63,973 bases of DNA, filler included, from Octopus bimaculoides (GCF_001194135.2; 6 parts of 6 records of this genome joined end to end with filler, not necessarily neighbours in it), one strand, 5' to 3'. Counted from the first letter of the whole stretch, positions 1 through 12,725 are shown. Numbers and translations are program-made. The notes: a model not told the origin generated them from the sequence alone.

Positions 1-306
1 TTAGTACCTAATGCGAGGAAAAACAACCAACAGAAGACGACCAACTTTCTTTTAAATAAACTTAACTGTGTATCTGCCGATTTCGCGATTACTAGAATGA
101 ATCTAGATTTCGTTCATCAGCACAGTATTGTCCCAAAAATATATATAAATATAAATAATTCTGTTTATATATATTTTTGGGACAATACTGTGCTGATGAA
201 CGAAATTTAGATTCATTCTAGTAATCGCGAAATCGGCCGATACACAGTTATTTAAAAGAAAGTTGGTCGTCTTCTGTTGGTTGTTTTTCCTCGCATTAGG
301 TACTAA
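1..306. repeat. Near-perfect fold-back palindrome (arms 1-149 and 164-306) carrying hammerhead-like core motifs
   Basis: The arms differ by two substitutions and one 6-nt indel, with a 14-nt loop. The left arm may extend beyond the window start. Confidence 0.92.
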
Positions 307-398
307 ATGTGGTTATTTTGAGAAGTCCACTGTGTGGCGTTATTATTTTCTGTAATAATGCTCTTTATATAAATATATAATATATATATATATACATA

Positions 399-2031
399 CA
401 GTACCATGCAATAATCTTCGGCCACTCTAAACCATTGTAAATTTTTACCAATTGCCAACTTATAAGTGGATGTTTCGCATTGCGTTTTTTACAAATGAAA
501 TATTGGCTCTGTTGAAGTCATTTCTGTACCTAATCATTATATTTTGTAGTAGGAGTTCTGAATGAGAAGGAAAGATGAGAGATGACCACCAAAAATGGCC
601 ATGCAAAAGTTTACGGCGACCTTACATAAGCCGATACATTGTTTTAAAACAGAAAATGTCTATAATGAAAATTTATTACATAATGTTCATTTCAAGAAGT
701 TACTGTACAATATTAATATTTAATAGGGCTTTCCTTAGCTTGAATAATTGCTTCAATGCGCCTGGGAAGAGATGCGTACAAATCTTTCACCATCTTCACA
801 GGTATCAGATGCCATTTTCTGAGACTGAGCTCCCACAACTCTGCAAGATTGTATGGATTCTTCTGATGAACTCTTCTCTTTAGTTCTGTCCACATTAGCT
901 CACTGATATTTAAGTCAGGGCTCTGAGATGGCTGATCTTTCAATACTTTAACACCTTCATCAGCCAGACTCTGTTGTGTTGTACATAATTTGTGGCATGA
1001 AGCTCCATCATGCTGAAAAATCTCTCCTCCTTCAAGTCTGGCATCAAATTGTCCTTCAGCAACTGGATGTAGTTGGCACTATTCGAGTTACCATCAGTTT
1101 TTACCAACTTTCTTCAACATCACTTTTTATGTACCTCCAAAGCATCAAACTCTTACCCCCAAACTTCACTGTTTTCATCATGTAACATGGGTTGTTTCAC
1201 TTTGTAATAAGCAAGAATTTGTCAGAAGGCCTCCAGGAAAGCAAAACAACCCATGTTACATGATGAAAACAGTGAAGTTTGAGGGTAAGAGTCTGAAGCT
1301 TTGGGGATACATAAAAAGTGATGTTTCAAGAAAGTTGAACTTGAATAGTGCCAAATACATCCAGTTGCTGAAGGACAATTTGATACCAGACTTGGATGAA
1401 GGTGAGATTTTTCAGCATGATGGAGCTCCATGCCACAGATGGCATGCAACACGACTGAGCCTGGCTGATGAAGATGTTAAAGTATTGAAAGATCAGCCAT
1501 CTCAGAGCCCTGACTTAAATATCTGTGAGCTAATGTGGACAGAACTAAAGAGAAGAGTTCATCAGAAGAATCCATACAATCTTGAAGAGTTGTGGGAGCT
1601 CAGTCTCAGAGAATAGCATCTCATACCTGTGAAGATGGTGAAGGATTAGTACGCATCTCTTCCCAGGTACATTGAAGCAATTATTCAAGCTAAGTGAAGC
1701 CATACAAAATATTAACAATGTACAGTAACTTCTTGAAATAAACATTATGTAATAAATTTTCATAATAGACATTTTTCTGTTTTAAAATGCTGTATCTTGA
1801 TTGGTGTGAGGTGGCCAAAAACTTTTGCATAGCGATTTTTGGCAGTTGTCTCGCATCTTTCCCTCTCATTCAGAATCCCTACTACAAAATATAATGATTA
1901 GGTATGGAAATGACACCAACAGGGCCAATATTTCATCTATAAAGAGACAATGCAAAACATCCACTTATAAGTTGGAAACTAGTAGAAATTTACAATAGTT
2001 TAAAGTGACTGAAGACTTTTGCATGGTACAC
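399..2031. mobile_element. Non-autonomous Tc1-type element made of two inverted 3' halves (IR/DR ends, DD35E spacing)
   Basis: TA|CAGTACCATGCA left end and TGCATGGTAC right end. Arms are about 401-1197 and 1244-2029. Both encode FQHDGA..H...PSQSPDLNI.ELMWTELKRRV. Inner direct repeats of the terminal motif lie near 600-621 and 1810-1832. Confidence 0.88.
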
Positions 2032-3333
2032 TCCCTCTCTCTCTCTCTCTCTCTCNNNNNNNNNNNNNNNNNNNNNNNNNNNNNNNNNNNNNNNNNNNNN
2101 NNNNNNNNNNNNNNNNNNNNNNNNNNNNNNNNNNNNNNNNNNNNNNNNNNNATATATATATATATATATAATACAGAATGGGACAAGAACGCAAAACATC
2201 AAGACAGTTAGGTGATACAAGAAAGGGACAAAACATCCAGATAGACTATACAAAAAAAACACGGACAAGTCATTCAGATTATCTTTGCTGCAATTTCAGC
2301 TGGTTATTCTCGATATTGCTCCAATCTGGTCAGCCCCAAGGAAAAACTAAGCAAAGAGCATTAGATCCCTTGGAAGAAAGCAGCGAATGTATACAAAAAC
2401 AAGGACGGGAAAAAAACGAACAATGTTACACAAATACAGTAGGAATAATAACAGGACAAAACAACAGATGTCTTTCGACTAAGGACGAATAAAATTAAGC
2501 TGGCATGTATGGAAATAATGCCTTACAACCGGGATACAAGATTTCACAGGCACAGGGAGGAATAACGATGTTGCACACTCAACAGCCACCCAAGAAAGAA
2601 AGGTCAAGCTTGGCCGAACACCAGTCACTTGGGAAGAGAGAGAGAGAGGTAGAGGCAGAAGGACAAAGGAATTAAGGAGAGGCGAGAAAAAGTGACAGGG
2701 ACACAGTGAAGTGAAAAGTGGAGGGAGCAGAGAAGGCAAAGAAATGTGCACGAGGGGGAACAAAAGAACGAACAGTGGAATGAACGAATAAGGGTGAAGG
2801 GGCTGATAGACAGAAATAGAGTCATTATACTTACACATACATACATGCAAACACATGAACATAGACATACACATTTAAATATAAAACATAAAGCCTATAT
2901 TCTGGAAAATAGGATTTTGAATATTTTTCTCTTAGATTCTTAGCAGCAGTTTTGAGACTGAGTGAATAAATTTGGTAGATGGAAACTGAATGAAGTTTAT
3001 CATATGTGTATGTCTCCTTGTCTTCACATGGCATGATAGTTGTGTGTGTATGTGAGTGTGTATTAAATTATATTAAATATTATATTAAAGTCTTTTCTTT
3101 CAAAATTAATTGCTATATCATATCTGTTTATGTGTGTATGTGTGAAATTTAATATATTCAGACACCTTTCATTTTATGATCCACCTGAATTCAACAAAGG
3201 TCAACGTCTGCCAGAAACTTGGTAGTGAAATGAAACTGGAAGAATTGTTTTCTCTGGAAGTAAGTCTGTTCCAGAACACAGAAGGAAATCCATAAGAGAA
3301 CTCATGATCACACACATGCTCATATGCATGCTC

Positions 3334-3390
<57 letters not shown>

Positions 3391-3439
3391 GGGCAATAAA
3401 ATGAATTTTCAGACTGCCTGATTAATTCCACCATCATCA

Positions 3440-3730
3440 TCACTTGACATACATGTTCCATACTGGTATGGCCTGGATGGTTTGAGAGGATCTGATAAGT
3501 CCTAAGACTGCATTGTATTCCAGTATCTGCTGTGGCATAGTTTCTACAGCTGGATACCCTTCCTAATGCCAACAAGCTTTGCAGCATGTACTGAGTGGGT
3601 GCATGTTTTCATAGCACCAGTACTAATGGGGTTGTCATCCAGCCTGCAAGACCAAGATCCTCCTTTGACAGAGTGGGAGAAAGAGGCACCTTTATGCTAT
3701 GTGATGAGGGGTTAAAGTGAGTGAGAAAAG
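3440..3730 (-). mobile_element. RTE-related 3' tail repeat (degenerate)
   Basis: gctggatacccttcctaatgccaac motif shared with the copies near 8120 and 55270. Confidence 0.55.
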
Positions 3731-3909
3731 CCAGAACAGAACAAATTGGAAATGTTTATAAGTTCAAATGATTTATTTGTAAATTGTTTCATTTTTCCTC
3801 AAATACATTTGGCTGTCACTCACTTCTTTTCTATCATTTCAGTCTCTCTTCACCAGTGTGACCTAGAAACATTATAAATTATTATTATATGTGATTTGTT
3901 CATTTACAG

Positions 3910-4014
3910 CACTTGCCATTCATTTTTTATGGAGTAATAATGTTGCTCACATGGACCTAAAACCACAGAACATACTCTTAACTTCCTCAGAGAACCCAAT
4001 ACTAAAGATTGCAG
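3910..4014 (+). CDS. ULK3: ULK3 internal exon (kinase subdomains VIa-VII, catalytic loop)
   Basis: ttacag acceptor and GCAG|gtaaat donor. 105 nt, phase 1-1. Reads (A)LAIHFLWSNNVAHMDLKPQNILLTSSENPILKIA(D). The H-hydrophobic-DLKPQNILL catalytic loop is ULK3-like, and the exon splices in frame to the DFG exon. Confidence 0.93.
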
Positions 4015-4757
4015 GTAAATCTTCTTTCTTACAACCACCACTACTTGCAGTGTAAAACATTACAATCTCTAACAAAGTTGGGGATTTGTCAGTCAATGCC
4101 TGGTAAAACTGAATCTGTAAATTGGTTTTATGTCCATGCCAACATAGTCTTGAGAAAAACAGGTTTGCTCTGCATATTTTGCCTTCCATATACCTAGAGC
4201 TTCTCAGTCAATAACTCTTCCTTAAAATCACTCTGTTTACACTAATATCTTACATTCTTCTCATCTTGTGTAATTTATGTATTTAAGTAGCACATAAAAT
4301 GCACCTAAATTCAGCTAACTGTTGAGGACAGACATCCAGTCTTCAAGAAATGTTGCCTACAATAAACAGTGAAGATTTATGTTTTCATCCACTTAATGCT
4401 ATGAAAAATCTGGTCTGCTCACAACAGATGTAAGAGTTGATGGAGATGTAATTAGCATGATAACTACTGGAGTTGTTAGGAAAATAATTTTATGCATGTG
4501 ACTATATTCTCTCTTAAATATTTTTGTCATCTTACAATAATTATAAGATGGAAATAGCAAAATACAAGATAAATGCTAAACAGTATTTAATTTGATTCCC
4601 TCCATTATGAGGTGAAATACTGCAGAGGCTACTTAGGCTCAAGAATCAAGTAAAATAAGTACCAGGTAAATATTAGGTTTACTTCTCCAGATAGATATGT
4701 AGTCTCAAACCAATCTAAGAAGTTATCATTTAAGATATATCATAATTTCTTTTTCAG

Positions 4758-4901
4758 ATTTTGGATTTGCTAAACATATATTAGAAGGTACTGAAATGCA
4801 TTCTATGAGAGGTTCTTTATTATATATGGCACCAGAAATCCTCTGCAAGCGGAAATATGACAGTCGAGTGGACCTGTGGTCTATAGGCGTCATTTTTTAT
4901 G
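4758..4901 (+). CDS. ULK3: ULK3 internal exon (DFG, activation segment, APE, subdomain IX)
   Basis: ttttcag acceptor and G|gtaaat donor. 144 nt. Reads (D)FGFAKHILEGTEMHSMRGSLLYMAPEILCKRKYDSRVDLWSIGVIFY(E). Confidence 0.95.
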
Positions 4902-5394
4902 GTAAATAATAATTGAAGTATTATTTATGTTTCATTTGTGTATTTTCAACTATCTTATTTGTTTTTTTATTAATGTGTTTTTAAATGTTAGTTTTTGATT
5001 GAAAATTCTCATTGATAAAATTGGTAGACCACCAAGTTGAGGGTGTACCAAGCAGTTGTATTGCATTATTTAGCCATTTCTCTCTTACACATGCTTTCTC
5101 CAATTTTAATTATTATTAAGGCTTACTTTATCAAGGGCTATTATTTTTCCTTAAAAAAGGAAGAGTTATTTCCCTTATATGAAAAAAACCAAAACAAAAA
5201 GGTTAATTGTAAGTTGATGCAAGGGACATTTTTTGTAGTGATTATTATTGTATTATCTCTATATTGTAAGTTTTAAAGCTTCGACTAACTGATACTATCT
5301 ACGTTATTAGTTGATAAAAACTCCTTGTAAAATCGAAAATTGACTATCAAATGAAATCGGCCAATCGATTTCTTTGGAAAATTATCATTTTATC

Positions 5395-7110
5395 CGTCGT
5401 TGACGACAATGACCAAGGACATCACGTGGGAGAAGATGGGACACAGTGTGCTTGGTTGTAGCCGTTCATTCCGATGCGGGCTCAGAAGACTCTACCGCAG
5501 GTCAGGCACTGGTGATCTGTTGGGACCACCAGGTGAGGAGTTGGCTCTGGACTTACACAGTTTGCATTTTCTTTATGCCCCTGCAATCCTGCTCTGTTTG
5601 TGGCACATCTATTGGTGCCACTTTGCCAGGTAGGATGGTCTTGTGCTTGTGTTTTCGAGGTGTCAGGGTTGACCTCAAAGCTCTGGAGTGAAGCTTTGAG
5701 TGTATCCATAAAGCACTTTTTCTGTTCACCTTCCACCAGTTCATTGTAAAACAGTCTGTTGGGAAGGCATTTGAACAAGGTTGTCTACCCACCTGACCTA
5801 CACTCACCTCAGCTTGGTAGATCAGCTGGAGAGAGGACCTCCGTGTCTTGTCTGGTGATTTTCAACATCTTTCTCAGGCAGTTCATGTGGAAGTGGTTTA
5901 ACTTTTTGGCATGATGTTCGTAAACAATCCAAATCTCATAGGCACACAATGGTGTAAGCAGTACAGCTCCTTGGTACATCTTCAACTTGATGGCCAGCCT
6001 AATGCCTTTTTTCTCCCAAACTGATTCATGTAGTCACCCAAATTCTGAGCTTCCCTTAGCAATTCATGTGTCAACTTCATCGTCAATGTTCATAGATCTG
6101 GAAAGTATGCTGCCAAGGTATGTAAACTTACCAAAAACTTCAGGATTTCCCCTTCGACTGTGATAGTTGGTTCCACATGCGATGTCTGCAGGACACTTAG
6201 TACATGACCTCTGTCTTCTGAGTACTGATTGTGAGGCCAAAGTTGTTACAGGAAGTAGAAAAGCATTTCACACTCTGCCACATCTGGGCCTCTATGGCAG
6301 TGTTGAGTGCACAGTTGTTATGTCTACATGTTGAAGAGTCTGCTATCAGTCCTGAATCTGATCTTGGTGCTGGCTTCATTGTTGTTGCAGAAGGCATCTG
6401 ACAGCATGCTGAAACATCATGCTGAACTGCATAGGTGTGAGTACAGCTTGATTCTGTTAGTAATTGGATATGCATTGAAAGAATCTCCACTGTCCAGTAC
6501 TCAGGTGAGCATGCCATCATGAAACTGTTGAACCATACTGATGAATTTTTCCAGGCAGCTGAAGTTTCCATGTTCTTCCAAAGCCCCTCAGGACTGATGG
6601 TGTCAAAGGTCTTGGGTAGATCTATGAACATCGTGTATAGGTCCCTGTTCTGCTCCTGACACTTCTCCTGAAGTTCACATGTGGCAAAGATTATGTTAAC
6701 TGTTCCATGGCCTCCTTGAAGCTACATTGACTCTCTGGCAGATGCCTACTTTCCATGTCTTGAGTGAAGTGGTTAAGGGGAACTCTTATGAGTATCTTGC
6801 CAGTGATGACAAGCAGAGAAATTCCTTGGTGGTTGTCACAAGACTGTTTTCCTTCCTCTTGTAGAGATGGACAAAAGAAGCATCTTGAGCTCCAGAGGAA
6901 CAACTTCCTGTTGCCACATTGTCTGCAAGAAATTGATGAGTTTTTGTGCCAAGACTGGTTCTCCTGCCTTGTATGTTTTGGCTGGGATGGAGTCAGAGCA
7001 TGGTGCCTTGCTATTTGAGAGAAACTTTATTGCTTTCTGGGCCTCTGCTTCTGTCACAAACTTTGCCAGAGAAGTGTTGGAAAATAGGAACAATCCAGAT
7101 GGGCCAGGTG
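5395..7110 (-). mobile_element. RTE (BovB-like) LINE, 5'-truncated and frameshifted
   Basis: Minus-strand fragments KAPCSDSIPAKTYKAGEPVLAQKL, DLPKTFDTISPEGLW, LPNRLFYNEL..KKCFMDTLKASL and a C-terminal CLTCGRVF zinc motif. Confidence 0.85.
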
Positions 7111-7524
7111 GTTGCTGTTTAGTCCCATGTTAACCCTGATTGAGCAGATGTGGTCATCCTGTTTTCATAGAAATACATTATCTAATGTGTCCTTCCTTTC
7201 TTTTAAAACCATAAATTGTGATTTGAAGGAGTTTCAGCTGTTATTTCTTGCAGGACCTATGACTATTGCAAAGACTTCCTTATTTGGAAGAATCAAACAA
7301 GACACTTGGCAGTATTTAGTTATGTTTTATATTCCAGTCCTGTTAGGATTGACTTTGCCTATCATCTTTTCAAGGTTCATTAAGTTAACAACATACTTCC
7401 CCCAGAATTTATGGCTTTGTTACTAAGCTAGAAATCCTTAGTAGTTTAATATAGAATAATGTTTTAATATAATATATTAATGTACAATAATTCTGTTTAG
7501 TAATAGATTGATTTTTATTTTTAG

Positions 7525-7607
7525 AGTGCCTTTTTGGCCAAGCACCATTTGCATCGAGAAGTTTTACAGAACTGGAAGAAAAAATCACTGGTAGCTGGCC
7601 TATTGCG
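7525..7607 (+). CDS. ULK3: ULK3 internal exon (subdomain X)
   Basis: Polypyrimidine-ttag acceptor and GCG|gtaaag donor. 83 nt. Reads (E)CLFGQAPFASRSFTELEEKITGSWPIA, in frame with both neighbours. Confidence 0.93.
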
Positions 7608-7999
7608 GTAAAGAAAAAGCTTTACTCTGTTTTTATCATTTTTATCATTATTTTCTTCATCTGCATTATCATATTCCTTTCCTTTAATAATAAATCACAC
7701 AATTATGAGAATAATTCCTTTTTTTATTACAAAATCCTTGCTTTAATATTAAGTAGCAGTACCTGAGAAATTCCACAGCCTATTTTGTGATTTTCCAATG
7801 TCATTTGTACAAATTATTCTTGCCTATCATTATCATTCATATTTTGCTTTCTTTCTTGATTAACAATTCTCATCCTTTCCCTATTGATTTCAGCTTCATC
7901 ATTCATCATCTTTTAGCGCCATTACTTGAATTGATTTTATTCCTTTCCACCTGAGTTAAATTTTCTCATCATTTCTGATTCTGCTGTCTTTGTTCATCA

Positions 8000-8730
8000 T
8001 ATATCATCATCAACATTTAATGTCTGTTTCCATGCTGAATGAGTTGGACAACTTGACAGGCAATGACAAAGCTAGGGGCTGCACCAGGTTCCATAGTCTA
8101 TTTTGACTTGGTTTCTATAGTTGGATGCCCTTCCTAATGCCAACCACTTTACAAAGTATACTGGGTGCTTTTTACATGGCACCATCATCAGTACTTTTTA
8201 CATGGCACCAGCATGCATATGTATGCTTTTTACATGGCACTTTGGTTTTAGGATTGTTGTGGTAGGTAGGTCATCTTAAATACAGCAATGCACTACATAT
8301 CACAGTCCTCTGTCATCCCTTTCATAAGGTTCAGCATTTTGGGATTGGCCTTCAATACTTCATCCCATGTCTTCCTAGGTCACCCTCTTCCACAACTTCC
8401 CTCCACCTTAAGTGATCGGCACTTCTTTATGCAACTCTCCTCATCCATCTGAATCACATGACCAAACCAGTGCCATCTCCTCTCTTGCACACTGCATATA
8501 ATTCCTCTTATACTCAACTTCCTTCTCAGTACACCACTAGTTCTTACTTCTTCTCTTTGCCTGTTTCTCCTGTACCTCTTTTGATTCAATTTGTACTGAT
8601 GCAGTCTATGGTCATTGTTCAACATAACAAATCAAACTTTATTTTGGTGATAAAATAGTTGGTAATACTTGTATCCTTAAATGTGACTTCATTACTTCTG
8701 CCCATATCTTCTACATCAGATACATCCTAG
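8000..8730 (-). mobile_element. RTE-clade LINE 3' end with (ATG)n-type tail
   Basis: VQERRWHWFGHVIQMDEESCIKKCRSLKVEGSCGRG matches the RTE RLRWFGHV..GRGRP signature. The tail is atcatcatcaacatttaatgtc. Confidence 0.8.
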
Positions 8731-8880
8731 TTTTAGGACATAGTGTGCACACACCACATATGCACATAATGTGTCCCATTTAAATGGGTGTTGAAAAGTA
8801 GAAAACACCATGAATAAATCACTGCTTGCATGACAGTGACATAATTATCACATGATGATAGTAACATGCACACACACATA

Positions 8881-9046
8881 TCTATACAACAGGCCTCTTT
8901 CAGTTTCCATTGACCAAATCCTCTCATAAGGCTTTGGTTGGTCTGGGGCTACAGCAGAATACTCACTCAAGGTGCTATGCCATTGGACTGAATCAAAACC
9001 ATATGATTGGGAAGCAAACCTCTTATTGCACAGTTAGATCTGCACC
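8881..9046 (-). mobile_element. tRNA-derived SINE (family A), partial
   Basis: Reverse complement of the family A head (ttcagtcc..caccttg..caaagcctt..ggaaactgaaagag). Confidence 0.8.
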
Positions 9047-9572
9047 TAAAACAATTGATGAAAGTATGGTACATGTTTCCGAGTCATACTGGATTCTAGG
9101 AGTTAGCTACAGTTTAGTTTGTGTGTGAGCCCCCCCCCCCCACACACACACACGCACACGTGCGCATGCGCGTGACATGTATCAGGGATTTGATTCTCTG
9201 ATTTGTCTTTGCATCATATTTAAGATGATGCTTGAGTGGTAGTTTATAGACTCAGGTTGATTATCTTTCTTGGGCACAGATCACATTACGGTATGTATTC
9301 ATGGAGGAAAACAATAAAACTTTGGTAGGGACAGGAGTTAACTCTGAAGTGCACTGTTTAAGCGAAGTGCAAGGAACAGTTATATGACACAGTGTGTCAG
9401 TGTACTGTGTTGGAATGAAGTTACCAACTCTCACATCAGTACTCTACCAGAACTTATTTTATTGACATTCAAGCGAAGGAAAGTAAAATTGACTTCTAAG
9501 ATGTGAACTCAACTTAGTTGGATGTCATAATGCTTCACAATAAGCAAATGTCCAAATATATCAAACCTATCC

Positions 9573-9727
9573 TAGACATGGCTGTATGGTAAAAAGCTTA
9601 CTTCCCAACCAGATGGTTCCAGGTTCAGTCCCACTGTGTTGCACCTTGGACAAGTATCTTCTACTAAAGCCTGAGGCCAATCAAAGCTTTGTGAGTGGAT
9701 TTAGTTGATGGAAACTAAAAGAAGCCT

Positions 9728-9787
<60 letters not shown>

Positions 9788-9865
9788 ACTACTGCTTGAC
9801 AATTGGTGTTGGTGTGTTTATGTCCCTGTAACTTAACAGTTCAGCAAAAGAAACAATAAGAGAAC
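9573..9865 (+). mobile_element. tRNA-derived SINE (family A) with internal (TG)n
   Basis: A-box-like tggctgtatgg and B-box-like ggttcagtccc. The body is homologous to the 12901 copy. Confidence 0.85.
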
Positions 9866-10077
9866 GAATAAAATGACAATGAAAGTGATTGCCTTTCATG
9901 AATAAAACAATAAAAATAACTTATAGATGGAAAACCCAGAAATTAAGGCTGATTATCTATTACAGACGTGTTTTTATAGTAATACCATATCTCTTGTAAA
10001 TCTAATGTGTTTCTGTTGTTGTATTCTTCATCAAATCATTAAAAAACATATTTATTCTCCATTGTGTGTCTTTGCAG

Positions 10078-10233
10078 CTTCCATATGGAGTTGAAGTTTC
10101 AGACAATTGTCGTGATTTACTCCTCTCCTTGTTAAAAAGGGACCCAGAGAAACGGATCAAATTCACTGAGTTTTTCTGCCATCCATTTATTGATCTGGTT
10201 CATGCGCCATCTTCAGAATCTTTGGAAAAAGCT
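10078..10233 (+). CDS. ULK3: ULK3 internal exon (subdomain XI and linker)
   Basis: tttgcag acceptor and GCT|gtgagt donor. 156 nt. Reads LPYGVEVSDNCRDLLLSLLKRDPEKRIKFTEFFCHPFIDLVHAPSSESLEKA. Confidence 0.94.
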
Positions 10234-10710
10234 GTGAGTTTCTTTTCCCTTCCTTCTTTAACTTTTCTGTTGTTCAAATTTATTAGTTTAGCGTCAATAA
10301 TTTTAGCTATTTGGATCACCTTTGAAAATTGAAAGCTGGATCATTTTTCTATCTTTTTTAACTAAACTAAAATAATCTATTGTGTCATAATTACAGAGGC
10401 TGGTTGAAGTTTATTGAGAGGCACACAACCTGTCCAACCTATTGCTAGAACCCATGACTAATTCCATTTCTAGCTCACACTTCTATATGCATTTGTCCAC
10501 TCCTGCTGCTCAAGGCCAAAGAGGCCCATGCTGGTTCTACTTCTGCCCACTTCCTCACTCACTCTTCCTCTTCCAGTAGGGTCCTTCAGCCATTGATGTC
10601 ACTGACCCTTTCCTTCCAGTTCACCTCATCTCCACATGCCACTCCTGATCTCAAAGATCACCTCCTCACTTCACTCTATGTTGAAATCTGCCATCCAGCA
10701 GATGTCTCAC

Positions 10711-11240
10711 TCACTGTGATCTCTGCAAGGATGGAGTGCCACTCACTTCCTCTCCTCCATTTTCATTGTCTAACAAAGTGACAATTCTGTGAACATCCAA
10801 GACATGATGTGACATTCCATCCACAGAAACATTATTTTTCAAATTAACAGCTGTCATTGTCCCTCTGTTCCACTGTGATGTGCAGCATGTCTTCAGAGGC
10901 TTGACCCAGACTTCATCACCTATCTGCATGAAGGTAGGCTCTCTCTCTTCCACAACATGTTGTGATGCTGTACACAGCTGTCGCCATTCATACCTGAATA
11001 TTGCTCTGTGTGGCATGGACTCATCAGCCTGTCCTGATTGGGATGATATATTGTGCGAAAATACCACTCCCAGTGGTGAAATGCATCCTTTCTCCATCAC
11101 GGCCTTGACTGTGCGATGGTGTCTTTCTACAATCCCATTTCCACTCGGCCAGTATGCCACTCTGACACATTGGGTAATGTAGAGCTTGGCATATTTCTAA
11201 AAATGATGGAGTAGTTATATCTAGAATGCTTTTGATCATA
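10711..11240 (-). mobile_element. Gypsy-type LTR retrotransposon integrase C-terminal fragment
   Basis: AYWPSGNGIVERHHRTVKAV (Y.PSGNG.VER.HRT.K motif) followed by IGDEVWVKP..CTSQW..G...N.VSVDG. Confidence 0.8.
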
Positions 11241-11760
11241 GATCAATTCAACCAAGGTTGATTTGGGGGCTAAAAATCTGACACACATTTTATCAATTAC
11301 CAGAAGAATGAATGATACTGTTAAACTCCATGGAGCCAGTACTAAAAGCTCAGAAGGCTACAGCTAGATATTGTAAAGCATTTTTATTGTTGTTTTCTAC
11401 TGATTGTATTTACTTCTAAAAGGTAATGTTATTTACTGATACCATTTGTCACTTTGTCTGCTTATAATATATTTCATTCTATAAAAAGCATTTTTTGATA
11501 GTTGATTGTCGGAAAGTATTTCTAATCAGATATTAGTTTTGGCTTGTAGCAAGACCCCAGCTGAGATTTGAACCATAACTCTCAAATTTTCCCAGTCCTT
11601 AACCATGGACTAATATATTTCCATAAAAGTTAAAAGTATTGCCATAAAAGGTATTAATGCTGACATGAATATGTTTTAACCAATCAGCACTGGCTGACTT
11701 GTTATGGCTGAGGTGATAAAACTCTAAACCTAACCAGAGAGCCACTGAAACAATTTAGAG

Positions 11761-11990
11761 CAGTGTTTCACAACCATTTTTATCTATGGACCCCTCTGAT
11801 TCCTATTTTGCTTGGATGGATCCTACCAGCCATTCAATGTCTAAAAAAATCATATATCTTTATATTTAAATATTATTAGGGAATTGTATAAAAAACAGTT
11901 AGAATACCTTGTGTATTGTAGAAATGTAACCAGTTTATTGTTTTAACAGCAAAAATCTTTTATGGACCCCCAAGGGTCATATACATGCAA
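11761..11990. mobile_element. Probable hAT-type non-autonomous element remnant
   Basis: Starts with CAGTGTTTCACAACC and carries internal atggacccc motifs at both ends. The right terminus is not recognisable. Confidence 0.4.
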
Positions 11991-12619
11991 CCTTTTTAAC
12001 TTGTAATCAGCCTATTAAAACTATATAACTAACCATCACACTAAAGGATTTTTGACACTGAGTTCTCCTCTAGGCATCAAAAAATGTGCATCAGTTTCAG
12101 CTGGACTTAATTTCAAAAGTCTAAGTTTACAACGGCTTGCTGCTTTATTTCTTGTTTGGCATGATACATACAATTCATTTGTTTCCTTGAATCCTAACTT
12201 CTTTCTTGGTGGACTAATATAAGAATAATTCAATGCAAAGGTGAAATATATCAGACATGGTATATGATTTGACTCAAAATGAACCAACACCTTATTCATT
12301 AATACACTATATTTGTTAAGAAACAGAAAGTGTATTCCTACATCTTATGAGCAATCCCTGGACTCTGTATGAATATATTTTATATTAAAAATATTGAGTC
12401 ATTCTTTACACATTATATCTAACAAGGTTGATGCAGCTAGAATCAGAACCTTGAACGAGGTCAGAATTCAATGCAAGCAACTATATTTGTTTCCACCATC
12501 TATAAGTTAAACAAACTAATATGCTATCCACTTAGCCTTAAATGAACATGTTATAAATGTCATTTCTATGGTCATACTTTAAATTTAGTCGTATTTATTT
12601 ATTTTACTTTTTATTGTAG

Positions 12620-12725
12620 ACTAAATGTATTAGCACTGCTGTGACCGAAGATAAAGCTGGTAATATTCCCACAGCTTTGGAACATTACAGTGATGCACTG
12701 GAACATTTCGTGGCAGCAGTACACT
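12620..12725 (+). CDS. ULK3: ULK3 internal exon (first MIT domain, helices 1-2)
   Basis: ttattgtag acceptor and T|gtaagt donor. 106 nt. Reads TKCISTAVTEDKAGNIPTALEHYSDALEHFVAAVH(Y), a MIT-like A..D..G...AL..Y..ALE.F pattern. A kinase directly followed by MIT identifies ULK3. Confidence 0.9.

Noticed and set aside
860-1570. CTGATGA motifs within the Tc1 arms
   Set aside because: They are coding sequence of the transposase, without hammerhead stems.
2178-2874. ORFs at 2178-2492 and 2479-2874 as host exons or a LINE endonuclease
   Set aside because: No convincing ordered motifs or ULK3 N-lobe similarity. The second ORF is a purine-tract translation.
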